19,541 bases of DNA from Armatimonadia bacterium (GTDB lineage: Bacteria > Armatimonadota > Zipacnadia > Zipacnadales > UBA11051): assembly GCA_039683575.1 (NCBI GenBank), contig JBDKRC010000094.1:1-19541 (forward strand), read 5' to 3'. The notes under the pieces were generated by a model, which did no database searches, had not been told where the DNA came from, and was given only the letters and a program-made list of their open reading frames with translations. Shown here in pieces: positions 1-9,087 of this stretch. The translations under genes were made by a program, and so were the position numbers. Within the stretch, counting starts at the first letter, position 1, and each line of letters opens with the position of its first letter.

Positions 1-885
1 GCGCTCGACCGCGGGGTCAACTTTTTCGACACCGCGGACAAGTACGGGTGGGGGGCTTCAGAGATTGTGGTGGGCAGAGCGTTGGCGCCGGTGCGCGATC
101 AGGTGGTGCTGGCGACGAAGGTCGGCCTGCAGGTGGACGGGGCGGGGCCGAACTCCTCAGGGACCAACCGCAAACGCATCCGCGAGGCGGTCAATGCCAG
201 CCTCCGACGGCTGGGGACGGACTACATTGATCTGTATTACCTGCACACCTACGATGCCTCGACGCCACTCGAAGAGTCGCTTGAGGCGCTCGAGGACCTG
301 GTGCGGGCGGGCAAGGTGCTGTATGTAGGGGTCTCCAACTTCCGAACGTGGCAGGTAGTGCGGGCGTTAGGGCTGCAGGAGCGGCAGGGGTGGACGGGGC
401 TCACGGCAGCGCAGCCGATGTATAACCTCGCCAACCGCGATGCGGAGGTGGAGATGCTGCCGATGGCGGCGGCAATGGGTCTCGGGGTTGTGACCTACAG
501 CCCGCTGGCCCGGGGGGTGCTGACGGGGAAGTACAAGGCAGGCGCGGAGCCGCCTGAGGGGTCAAGAGCAGCGCGTGGGAATGTGCGGCTGCTGCAGTGT
601 GAGTATCGCGAATCGAATTTCCTGTTGGCGGAGAAGATCATGGAACTCGCGGCGAAGGCGGGGTGCACTTCGTCACAACTGGCGCTGGCGTGGGTGATGG
701 CCAACAAGTACGTGACCGCGCCGATCATCGGCCCGCGGACGATGGCGCAGTTTGAGGACAACATGGGGGCGCTGAAGGTGGAGGTGACGGAGGAGATTGA
801 GGCGGCGATTGATGAGTTGGTGCCGCCGGGAGAGCATTCGGGGAAGGGCTTCCCGGACCCGGCGTTTCCAGTGGCGGGGAGATGA
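1..885 (+). CDS. Aldo/keto reductase (5' end outside window)
   Basis: Frame is open from base 1 (ALDRGVNFFDTADKYG...). AKR motifs FDTADxY, LATK, SLRRLGTDYIDLYYLH, GVSN, QPMYNL, YSPLARG, PIIGPRT. Stop TGA at 883-885. Confidence 0.95.
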   Translation, partial: ALDRGVNFFDTADKYGWGASEIVVGRALAPVRDQVVLATKVGLQVDGAGPNSSGTNRKRIREAVNASLRRLGTDYIDLYYLHTYDASTPLEESLEALEDLVRAGKVLYVGVSNFRTWQVVRALGLQERQGWTGLTAAQPMYNLANRDAEVEMLPMAAAMGLGVVTYSPLARGVLTGKYKAGAEPPEGSRAARGNVRLLQCEYRESNFLLAEKIMELAAKAGCTSSQLALAWVMANKYVTAPIIGPRTMAQFEDNMGALKVEVTEEIEAAIDELVPPGEHSGKGFPDPAFPVAGR

Positions 886-970
886 GACGGCGAAAACATA
901 AAACGGAGAACGGAAAACAGGGGGAGGGGGAGCGGCTATCCCCAGGTACAGGATGGGGCGCCGGGGGGGC

Positions 971-1019
971 GCCCGGGGTTGAAACCCCGGGCTTTGTTAT
1001 GAGCGTCCCTACGGGACGC
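971..1019. repeat. Double-hairpin REP-like element (family A)
   Basis: gcccgggg-ttgaaa-ccccgggc (971-992), an AT-rich spacer, then gcgtccc-tac-gggacgc (1003-1019). Same architecture as the units at 5822-5975. Confidence 0.75.
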
Positions 1020-1061
1020 GGATTGCGGCGGGCGGGGAGCGAGGCGTGGTGGTCAGCGTGC

Positions 1062-1132
1062 GGACGGAGCCTTTGCGCGACTGTTTGCCTGGAGGATACG
1101 ACGGAAGGTATTGGCGCGCAAAGGCTCCGTCC
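1062..1132. repeat. 18-bp perfect inverted repeat between convergent genes
   Basis: ggacggagcctttgcgcg (1062-1079) and its exact reverse complement cgcgcaaaggctccgtcc (1115-1132). Confidence 0.8.
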
Positions 1133-1151
1133 CCGCGTTGGGCGAGGGATT

Positions 1152-1209
1152 GTCAGGGAGAATGGCTGGGCCGCTGTGAGATCGCAGACGATCTTCGCGC
1201 GGCCCCTCC
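1152..1209 (-). repeat. REP-like family B variant with nested CAGA-loop hairpin
   Basis: gggccg...cggcccctcc arms, degenerate tail gtcagggagaatggc, internal hairpin gagatcg-caga-cgatctt at 1178-1195. Confidence 0.7.
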
Positions 1210-1225
1210 TGTGAACCGTTGGGGG

Positions 1226-2431
1226 CTACTGCCCTTTCACCTTGCCCATCAGCCAGTCGGTCAAGACCTGGGCCATCACCACGTGGCCTTCGGCGTTGGG
1301 GTGGGCCATGTCCGCCATGTAGCGGGCGAGGCCATCGCGGCCCTCTTGCTTGAGGCGCTCGGGCATGTCGCAATACTCCAGCCCAAGCCTCTTGCTGACG
1401 TCGCGCACGACCTGCGCGAAATCATCCATCATGACATAGCGCGGGCCCGCGCCGGGGATCGTCGCGATGGGTACGATGGCCGCTTTGCCGCCGGTGGCGT
1501 CGGCGACGCGCTGGATATAGTCTTCCAGGGCAGCGGCGAACTGCGCGGCGGACCACTGGTTGCTCTTGTCGTTGTAGCCGTAGAGCATTGTTACCAGGTC
1601 CGGGGCCTCGCCCTGGAAGTCGCGGGTGACCCAGGCGCGGGCGTCCGCCAGTTTCGCCCCGCCGACCGCCCGGCTCTCGCAGGTGATCTGCTGGTTGCCC
1701 GTCGCCTCGCGCAGCTTCGCCTGCAGCACAACCGCGTAGCGCTCGCTCCCCATGTCCTTGAGGCCGGTTCCCGCCGTAATTGAGTCCCCCATGCAGATGA
1801 TCCGCAACGGCTTGCCTTCGCGCAGGAGGGTGATGACATCCTGCAGCGGGCGGGGCTTGCGGTGGGGCGACGGAGGCGGCACTGACGCGACTAACTGAAC
1901 ATCATCCACCGAGTAGCTGTGCGGCGGGATACGCGCATTGTTGTGAGTGATGTTCCAGCGCGTTCCGAGCCGCAAGGTCTGGATGCCGGACGGCGGTAGC
2001 GCCCCAAACTGCCCGATGCCGCCCACCTGGCCCTCGGCAATCCAGTCGGCCCAGGGCACGGTGTACTGCTGCCACTCGGTGGAAATGAGCGGGAAGAAGA
2101 AGACGTACATGTAGCCGGAATTAGAGCCAGTCCCGCCGATGGCGAGGCTGCCCCATTGGGTCGAACCGTCCCCTTTGGCCCAGAAGCTCACCCCTGCGTA
2201 CTTGTCCCAGTCGGCCGGAGGAAAGGTGGCGCTGATGGTGGCGGACACCTGGCCCGGCATGGTGACCTTGATGGCTCCGGTGCCCTGATGGGCGTCCGGC
2301 GCCTTCTCGAAAGCCGCCGGGGGTTGGGTGGCCTTCCAGCCGTCGAGGTTCTCGAAGTCGCAGAGGATTTCGGCGGCAAGGCAGTGGGTCAGGCAGAGCA
2401 TCGCCAGAGCGACAGCGGTCAGGTATTTCAT
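1226..2431 (-). CDS. Secreted SGNH/GDSL hydrolase with N-terminal CBM11-like carbohydrate-binding domain
   Basis: ATG at 2431 with AGGAGG RBS. Signal peptide MKYLTAVALAMLCLTHCLA. DWDKYAGVSFWAKGDGS is CBM11-like. SGNH blocks GDSIT, GG, YGYND, DMAHPN. Confidence 0.85.
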   Translation of the reverse strand: MKYLTAVALAMLCLTHCLAAEILCDFENLDGWKATQPPAAFEKAPDAHQGTGAIKVTMPGQVSATISATFPPADWDKYAGVSFWAKGDGSTQWGSLAIGGTGSNSGYMYVFFFPLISTEWQQYTVPWADWIAEGQVGGIGQFGALPPSGIQTLRLGTRWNITHNNARIPPHSYSVDDVQLVASVPPPSPHRKPRPLQDVITLLREGKPLRIICMGDSITAGTGLKDMGSERYAVVLQAKLREATGNQQITCESRAVGGAKLADARAWVTRDFQGEAPDLVTMLYGYNDKSNQWSAAQFAAALEDYIQRVADATGGKAAIVPIATIPGAGPRYVMMDDFAQVVRDVSKRLGLEYCDMPERLKQEGRDGLARYMADMAHPNAEGHVVMAQVLTDWLMGKVKGQ

Positions 2432-2480
2432 GGCATTGCCTCCTAGGTTGCGGGTGGTATTTCGCCGTGAGGGGGTGCGG

Positions 2481-2891
2481 ATTCCTCCCTGGGGGGAGGG
2501 GCTGGCGGGGGTTGGTCGGTGATAACGGCTGGGCCGGCTGAAGCTCGGCCCCTCCGGAGAGGCGGCAAGCGGAGGCGGACGGGAGCGGAAACGGGGACAG
2601 TCACGCATGACGCTGTTGCGTCGCCCTGAACGATGAAAAGTGACAGACGCCCGAGCGGGCAAGGATGCCCGCGCTCCAAACGGCCCGTCACCCCCACAGA
2701 CCCCGTTTTCTCGGTGAGGTGAGGCTTGGTCGGGGATAACGGCTGGGCCGGATGCGCGGTGAGGCTGCGCATTCGGCCCCTCCGGAGAGGCGGCCGGGGG
2801 GATCGCAGATAGCGGCGGGCCGGCTGAAGCTCGGCCCCTCCGAAGAAACGGCCGGCGGAAACGGCCGGCGGGGTACGAGCCCCCGCCCTAC
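2481..2891 (-). repeat. Cluster of REP-like palindromes (three family B, one family C, plus other types)
   Basis: Family B at 2515-2555, 2729-2783 (longer internal stem) and 2802-2841. Family C ggcggggtacgagcccccgccctac at 2862-2891. gcgggcaaggatgcccgcgctcc at 2655-2677. ggggacagtcac...gtgacagacgccc at ~2593-2652. cctccctggggggagg at ~2484-2499. Confidence 0.85.
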
Positions 2892-2902
2892 AGCGGAAAA
2901 GG

Positions 2903-5768
2903 CTAGAGGCTTGAGGCGGACTCGAGTAGGGTGCGGCGGAGGGTTTGGACGGCGTTGGGGTCACGGTTGTATTCGGTTAGTTTGCCGGCGGGGCCGGAGA
3001 TTTCGGTTATTGTTTTGTTGTAGAGGGCGCGGGCGGCGGATTTGTTTTCGCTACGGCTTCTGGTGATTTTGCGGTCGAGGGCGCGGAGCATTTCGTAATC
3101 CTCGAAACCCTCTCGCATTCTCTCCCATCTTGGCGACGCGATCGGCTTGCGGTCGCCCGGATAGACTATGAAGAGGTCGCCGGGGGCGTACTTGCCGTCG
3201 CCCTCGGGCTTGTTCCAGACGTCAGCGGGCCAGTTGAGGTAGGACCAGCGCAGGAGGCCCTGGAACTGTTCGCGCCAGCAGATCCAGCCGATGGCGCGCT
3301 GCTCGATGGCTTCGGAGGTGATGAAGCTGTTGGGGCGGTCAGGATGGCAGCAGATGTAGGTCTCGACGAGGCGTCCCTGCTCGCGGAGTTCTTGGGCGAA
3401 GGCGGGGTCGTAGACGTCATCGCGGAGTTTGAAGACGAAGCGGTCGATGTCCACCGCGAGGGCGCGGGCGGATTTGAGGTTGTCGAGGGCGCAGGTGGTG
3501 CGGAGGGCCGGGTCGGCGTTGCGGAGGACCTGGCGCGCCTTGTGGAAGCGGTCGAGAGTGGGGTGGCCGTAGGAGTCCTGGGGCTCGTCGGTCGGGCAGA
3601 TGTAGAGGCGGGAAAGCCAGCCCTTCTCGCGGCAGTGGGCGGCGAGGGCGCGGCCGAAGGCGGTCCAGAGGGTGTCGAATTGTTCATCGCCGGGGTTGGC
3701 AGTGAGCTGTTGCGCTTTGCCGGTCGCGTCGGTGTAGGCGATCCGGGTGTCGCCGCGGCCATCGAACATCTGCAGGTATTCGATGAGGCCGCGGATGCCG
3801 ACGCTGTCGCAGAGCTCCACGTAGCGGTCGAAGCGGTCGAAGTTGAATTGCCACTGGCCATCGGCAGTGAGGCGCCAGTCGAAGTGTCCCCGGCCAACCT
3901 GTACGACGCTCTCGCCGTGGGCGGCGAGGTCCTGCAGGAAAGTCTTCACGATCCCCCACCACTCGTCGCTCCAGTCGGGCACATTGTAGGCTTTGGAGAG
4001 GCGGCCCATGGCTTGCCAGAAGTCCACGCGGAACTCCCACTGAGACGGGTCGGGCAGCAGGAGGTTGTGGACTACCACTTCGAGCGGGAGTGTGGCTTTG
4101 TCGCCGGAGGCATCGGTGACGGTGAGGGTGCCCGAGTAGGTGCCGGGGGCGGCTTCGGTGGGAGAGACCACGGTGAGCCAGAGGGCGCGGGACTCCCTGG
4201 GGGTGGTGCTGAAGCCGTCGGCGGGGAGGTCGCGCAGGACATCGGGCCAGCGGCGCAGTTGCTTCTGCGGGTCCATGTGGCCGACGGCGGGGACGTAGTC
4301 AACGAGGCGGAGGCCGACGGTGGGGACGGCGGCGCCGGGGCCGGTGAGAGGCGAGACCTGGGCAGTGAGGCGCAGGGCCTCTTTACCGAAAGGGCAGCAC
4401 CACCACCTGGAGGGATTCGGTCTCGTTGCGGCACATGTCCACGCGAGCGGAGGTGGCGGGCTCGAAGGCGAGGTCCTCGGGGAAGATGTGAACATCAGAA
4501 GGAGCGGCGGCGAGTGTGAACTTCGCGCCGGGGCGCTCGGCCGTCTTCGCGGTCTGGATCTGCTTTTGCAGCATCTCAGCCTCTCCCTTCAGGCGCAGCG
4601 CGAACTCAGCGAGTTCCTCGAGTTCGGAGCGCTCAAGCTTCTGGCGGTCCCGGTACTGGGTGACGAGGGCGCGCCACTGGACGGTGAGCGCGTCGAGGTC
4701 GCCCTGCAGGGACTTCTTGTTGTCGCTGTCGGGCAGGGACATCCAGCCCTTGGTCGCGGCGCCGAGAGCCCGCTCGACGGCGGCAATCTGCGGAGCGACT
4801 TCGGGAGTGACTACGCCATATGGCGAGGACCGCCACACGGTCTTGCCGGAGGCGTCGGTGAGAGAGAAAGCGACGGTCGAGAAGCCGTCCTGGTAGATCG
4901 AGTAGGGGATGGTCTGGGACTGGCGGCTGGAGGGCGGGATGGTGATTTTGGTGGCGCCGAAGAAGTGGCCATGCTTGTCGCGGCCCATGACGCGGACGTT
5001 GATCTTGGCGGTGGCGGACTGGGAGGAGAAGTTGCTGGCGACGATCTGGGCGGTGTTGGGGCCGAGCCACATGCTGCCGAGGGCGGCGATTTCGAGGGCG
5101 AGGGGGGACTCGCTGAAGGTGAGGCTGCCGAAGTTGCCGATCTCGTGGAAGCTCTTGAGCTTGCGGTCCCAGGAGCTGACCTCGCCGGTCGAGGCGACGT
5201 GACGGGCGGCTGAGAAGCCCCAGGAGACGCCGGGGGCGGGCGGGAAGTCGTTGGCGAAGGGAAGCTCGAACTCGACGGTCCAGCCGTCGGCGGTGGTGGC
5301 CGTGCGGGCCTTCCAGCGGAAGTCAGCGGCGGCGTCCTTCATGAGGGCGTCGTACTGGACTTCTTTGGAGTTGACGGCGAGATGGATGTAGCCCTTGCGC
5401 TGATCGTCGGTGTCGAAGAAGAGCTCGAGGTCGTCGTCCATCCAGACCTGGCCGTCGCGCTGGGTGGCGTCGGCTTTGAGGCCGGCGGGATTGGGGTCGT
5501 TGAGGGCGGCGGCGATGTACAGGCAGTGGTTGTCGTACATGACCGAGAGGGAGGTGCGGTACTGGGGCTGGCCCTGCCCGCCGACGAGGACGAAGGGTGA
5601 CAGCGGGACCGCGCGGGCCCATTCGCCGGGCTCGATGATGCCGTCGATGGTGGGGGCGGCGGAGACTCGCGGGACGTACGCAAGCGGGGGCGCGTAGAAA
5701 CGGGTGTCCTGGGCGAGGGCGGGCAGGACGACGAGGATCAGGAGTGAGATGATAAGGAGCTTACGCAT
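2903..5768 (-). CDS. Secreted CBM9-like + DUF4091/GH123-like glycoside hydrolase, interrupted by a +1 frameshift at ~4389-4391
   Basis: ATG at 5768 with GGGAGG RBS and a signal peptide. CBM9-like motifs (APTIDG...EW, YDNHCLYIAA, DDLELFFD, GWTVEFELPF). ORF1 ends RNETESLQVVVLPFR* at 4383. The +1 frame continues GKEALRLTAQVSPL...TDEP...PGDLFIVYPG...SPRWERMREGFEDYEML (DUF4091-like C-terminus) to the stop at 2903. Joined length is about 954 aa. Confidence 0.8.
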
Positions 5769-5821
5769 GGGGCGCCTCCCGGTGTTTTGGTTGCAGTTGG
5801 ATGATAGCGGGATCAACGGCG

Positions 5822-5975
5822 GGTGACCCCGTTGGGGTCAAGAGATGGCAATGGTCCGTCACCAGGGGTTTCACCCCTGGCTGTATTCGGTGACCCCGTT
5901 GGGGTCAAGAGATGGTAATGGTCCGTCACCAGGGGTTTCACCCCTGGCTATATTCGGTGACCCCGTTGGGGTCAA
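5822..5975. repeat. Tandem 67-bp repeat (2.3 copies) of double-hairpin REP-like units (family A)
   Basis: ggtgaccccgttggggtcaa starts at 5822, 5889 and 5956 (period 67). Each full unit also contains ccaggggtttcacccctgg. The two full units differ at 2 positions. Confidence 0.9.
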
Positions 5976-6014
5976 AAGAGCTACGACGGAGGCTCAGGCC
6001 ACAAGGTGCGGCGG

Positions 6015-6893
6015 TTACAGGGCATCATTCTCCGCAGCGCTTGCTTTCCCCTTCATTTGGGCGAGGGCCATTTGGTAGGCTTCGCGGCGCGGGAGGAGGC
6101 CGAGGTCGGCGATTATCTGGGCGATGTCGCGGGCACCGAGGCCGGCGGTTAGCATACGGTCGAGGGCGGAGATGAGGCCGGGCGGGGCGAGGGGGGCCGG
6201 TGGCGGCGGAGCGCCGGAGATGATGAGGACGAACTCGCCCTTCGGCTCGCGCTCGGTGAAGATCGCGACGAGGTCGGCGGCAGTGCCGTGGAGGAGTTCC
6301 TCGTACTGCTTGGTGAGCTCGCGGGCGATCATCATGGGGCGGTCGCAGAAGACTTCGGCGATGGCCTGGAGGGTATCGAGGACGCGGTGCGGTGCCTCGT
6401 ATAGCGCGAGGGTGTAGGGTAGGTCGCGCAGGGCGGTCAGGAATTCGTGGCGGTCGCCGGATTTGCGCGGGGCGAAGCCGGCGAAGAGGAAGCGGTCGGC
6501 TACCATGCCCGAGACGCTGAGGGCAGTGATAACGGCGGCGGGGCCGGGGATGGGGACGACACTGACTTCGGCCTCGACGGCGGCGGTGACCAGGTCGCGG
6601 CCGGGGTCGGCGATGCCGGGGGTGCCACCATCGGAGACGTAGGCGAGGGTTTGGCCGGAGGCAAGGTGGGAGATCAGGCGGGCGAGTTTCTTCGGGTCGC
6701 TGTCGCCGTGGAAGGACTCGAGCGGCTTGTGCAGGCCGAGGTGTGAGAGGAGGGTGCGGGCGCGGCGAGTGTCCTCGGCGACGACGAGGTCGGCGTGGCG
6801 GAGAGTGTCAATGGCGCGGGCGGAGAGGTCGGAGAGGTTGCCAAGAGGGGTGGCGACGAGGTAGAGCGTTCCCGATTGTGGTTGCGCTTCCAC
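6015..6893 (-). CDS. rsmI: 16S rRNA (cytidine1402-2'-O)-methyltransferase
   Basis: GTLYLVATPLGNLSDLSARA, AEDTR, SDGGTPGIADPG, IPGPAA, YEAPHR, ARELTK-YEE, KGEFVL. GTG start with AGGAGG RBS. Confidence 0.95.
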   Translation of the reverse strand: MEAQPQSGTLYLVATPLGNLSDLSARAIDTLRHADLVVAEDTRRARTLLSHLGLHKPLESFHGDSDPKKLARLISHLASGQTLAYVSDGGTPGIADPGRDLVTAAVEAEVSVVPIPGPAAVITALSVSGMVADRFLFAGFAPRKSGDRHEFLTALRDLPYTLALYEAPHRVLDTLQAIAEVFCDRPMMIARELTKQYEELLHGTAADLVAIFTEREPKGEFVLIISGAPPPPAPLAPPGLISALDRMLTAGLGARDIAQIIADLGLLPRREAYQMALAQMKGKASAAENDAL

Positions 6894-6923
6894 CTGTGAG
6901 CACCCCTCCTTTGGATTGACGGA

Positions 6924-7202
6924 CCCTCACCCCGGCCCTCTCCTTGAGGCCGCAGACGGTCTCCGGGGAGAGGGGGGTGGAGGGCTTGTTTGCGATAGCG
7001 GTGGCGGGCGGGAGGCCCTCATGGCGCGGATTGGGCCATGGCGGGCGGACCACGGTCCGCCCCTACGGCGGTACGACGGTGGTCGGTGATGACGGCAGGG
7101 CCGGCTAAAGCTCGGCCCCTCCGGGAGAATGTGAGTTGTCGGTGATAACGGCGGGGGCCGGCTAAAGCTCGGCCCCTCCGGGGGACTACGGTCCGTCCCT
7201 AC
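6924..7202. repeat. Cluster of REP-like palindromes
   Basis: ccctcaccccggccctctcc...ggggagaggg (6924-~6977) with nested hairpin at 6946-6963. gggcggaccacggtccgcccctac at ~7043-7066. Family B at 7082-7122 and 7138-7179. Degenerate GTAG element at 7180-7202. Confidence 0.85.
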
Positions 7203-8794
7203 TGGATCTGGAAGTTGCCCATGTTGCCGAAGCCGCCCATGGGGTTGGCGGGTTGCTGGGCGCGGTAGTCGGCCAGCCACTTGCTGACTTGCGGGGCTAG
7301 CGTGGTGTCGCCCATGGCCTTGAGCTTGCCCTCGACCTGCATGTTGGTGCCGAAGTTCGCGGTTGTGTAGCCGCTGGCGCGGTCGAAGGCTTCCTTGTAC
7401 TGCGCGAGGGCCTTGGCGCGGTCCTTCTGCTCTCCGTACAGGTCGCCAAGCTCGAGGTGGACGCGCGGGGAGGCCGCGCCCTCGGGGAGGGCCGTGAGCT
7501 GGTCGACGAGCTTCGTGGCCTCAGCCATGTTCTTCTGTTCCTTGTAGAGCTGCGAGAGCTCCCAGACTGCCGAGCCGTTGGAGGGGTTCATCTTGACGGC
7601 TTCCTGCAGCTTGAGCATCGCCTCGGGCTGCTTCCCCTCATCCATGAGACGATAGGCCAGGAGCTCGGGGTCGAAGACTTCGATCTGGGCTTCCTTGGTC
7701 AGCTTCTCTTTGTACTCGCCCCAGGCCTTGGACTTGGCCTGCGCGAGCGCGGAGTCGCGGAGCATCTGCTTGTTCTTCTCGAAGTCCTTGGGCAGATTGT
7801 CGCGGCGGCCGGTAACCTTGATGATGTGGTAGCCGAAGTCGGTCTTGACGACGTCGCTGACCTGTCCGACCTGGAGCTTGAAGGCGGCGTCGGCGAAGGC
7901 CGGGGTCATGCGATCACGGGTGAACCAGTCGAGGTCGCCGCCCTTGGGGGCGCTGGGGCAGGCTGAGTTGTCCTTGGCGAGCTTGGCGAAGTCGGCGCCG
8001 GCCTTGATCTGGGCGAGGAGTTCCTCGGCCTTCTTCTTGGCAATGGCATCGCCGTCAACCGCAGGGGCGGCCTGGCCGGGCTTGGCCTGCTTCGCGGCCT
8101 GCTCGGCGCACTTCTTGGGGTCGAGCAGGATGTGGCTCGCCCGGACTTCGGCGAAGCTATCCTTGAGCTGCTCGTCGGTCATCGTGACCTTGCTCTCGAT
8201 CTGCTCCTGCAGCTTCTTCTCGGCAACCTGCTGGCGGAGAGCGTCGGTGTCCTTGAAGGCTTCCTTGCGGAGGTCGGACTTGTACTTGTCGAGGGTCAGG
8301 TTCTTCTTCTTCAGGTAGTGCTTGAGCTCGCGCTGCTCGGGGAAGCGCTGATCCATGATCTGCTGGATCTGGGTGTCTTTCTCGCGCGCGAGGTCGGCGC
8401 CGGAGACCTTGATGTGCTCCTTCTTGACGGCCTGGCGCATGACGATGCCGTCAATGAGCTGGGTCAGGAGGCCGGACTTCATCCACCGTTCCTGGGTGGG
8501 GTCCATCTCGGGCATGCGCTCGCGCTGCATCGCCATGTTGGCTTCGAAGAGCTCGCGCGGGATCTTCTCGCCGTTGACGCGGGCGACGACGGGCGTCATG
8601 CGGCCCTGCGCGGCGCCCTGACTGCCCTGGCCGCTGCGACTAGGCCCACCGAAGTAGGTGTAGGCGCCCACGACGAAGATGAAGATGATCAGGTAGAAGA
8701 CTAGTTCCGCGGGGCTGGGGAGGGGAATGTGACGCTTTCCGGCCTTCACGCGTAGTTTGTTGCGGAAGACCTTCCTCATGCGGACGATGGACAT
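7199..8794 (-). CDS. Membrane-anchored peptidyl-prolyl isomerase/foldase (SurA-N + parvulin/PpiC + C-terminal TPR-like repeats)
   Basis: ATG at 8794 with AGGAG RBS. TM segment LVFYLIIFIFVVGAYTYF. VVARVNGEKI (SurA-N). VRASHIL...DFAKLAK...GGDL...F...KTDFGYHIIKV (parvulin). TPR-like helices AVKMNPSN / VHLELGDLY. Confidence 0.9.
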   Translation of the reverse strand: MSIVRMRKVFRNKLRVKAGKRHIPLPSPAELVFYLIIFIFVVGAYTYFGGPSRSGQGSQGAAQGRMTPVVARVNGEKIPRELFEANMAMQRERMPEMDPTQERWMKSGLLTQLIDGIVMRQAVKKEHIKVSGADLAREKDTQIQQIMDQRFPEQRELKHYLKKKNLTLDKYKSDLRKEAFKDTDALRQQVAEKKLQEQIESKVTMTDEQLKDSFAEVRASHILLDPKKCAEQAAKQAKPGQAAPAVDGDAIAKKKAEELLAQIKAGADFAKLAKDNSACPSAPKGGDLDWFTRDRMTPAFADAAFKLQVGQVSDVVKTDFGYHIIKVTGRRDNLPKDFEKNKQMLRDSALAQAKSKAWGEYKEKLTKEAQIEVFDPELLAYRLMDEGKQPEAMLKLQEAVKMNPSNGSAVWELSQLYKEQKNMAEATKLVDQLTALPEGAASPRVHLELGDLYGEQKDRAKALAQYKEAFDRASGYTTANFGTNMQVEGKLKAMGDTTLAPQVSKWLADYRAQQPANPMGGFGNMGNFQIQ

Positions 8795-8909
8795 GCAATC
8801 GACTCCTGAAAAGGCAAAGTGAAGTAGTGCCAAAGATATAACGGAATACTGCCCTGAGCGGTTCCGGAGGCCCCCGGTACGGCTCTGAGAGCGCGGGAGG
8901 GCGTCGTTG

Positions 8910-8968
8910 GTCGCAGACAACGGCAGGGCCGACTGTGAGACCGCAGACGGTCTCGATTCGGCCCCTCC
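8910..8968 (-). repeat. REP-like family B variant with nested CAGA-loop hairpin
   Basis: gtcgcagacaacggc tail + gggccga...tcggcccctcc, internal gagaccg-caga-cggtctc at 8937-8954. Confidence 0.75.
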
Positions 8969-9058
8969 GAAAAGCGGAGACGGTTAGCGCGGGCACAAGG
9001 GGAAACGGAGCCGGCATGGCCGGCTCCCGGGGGGACCGCGCAGATCGAATCCCGGGGC

Positions 9059-9087
9059 ATTATATACTGGTGGGAGTTCAATGACAA
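9059..9087 (-). promoter_or_regulatory. Sigma70-type promoter directed toward the foldase gene
   Basis: Minus strand TTGTCA-17 bp-TATAAT, a near-consensus match in a GC-rich background. Confidence 0.75.

Noticed and set aside
2432-2662. Extended N-termini in the ORF track (also 8795-8920 and 18589-19035)
   Set aside because: They run through repeats or other genes. Downstream starts have an RBS or translational coupling, plus signal/TM sequences.
3344-5213. Long plus-strand ORFs (also 15939-17072, 17269-18567, 1046-1783)
   Set aside because: Antisense shadows of well-supported minus-strand genes in high-GC DNA.
5822-5975. CRISPR array
   Set aside because: The sequences between repeats are near-identical, not unique spacers, and no cas genes are present.
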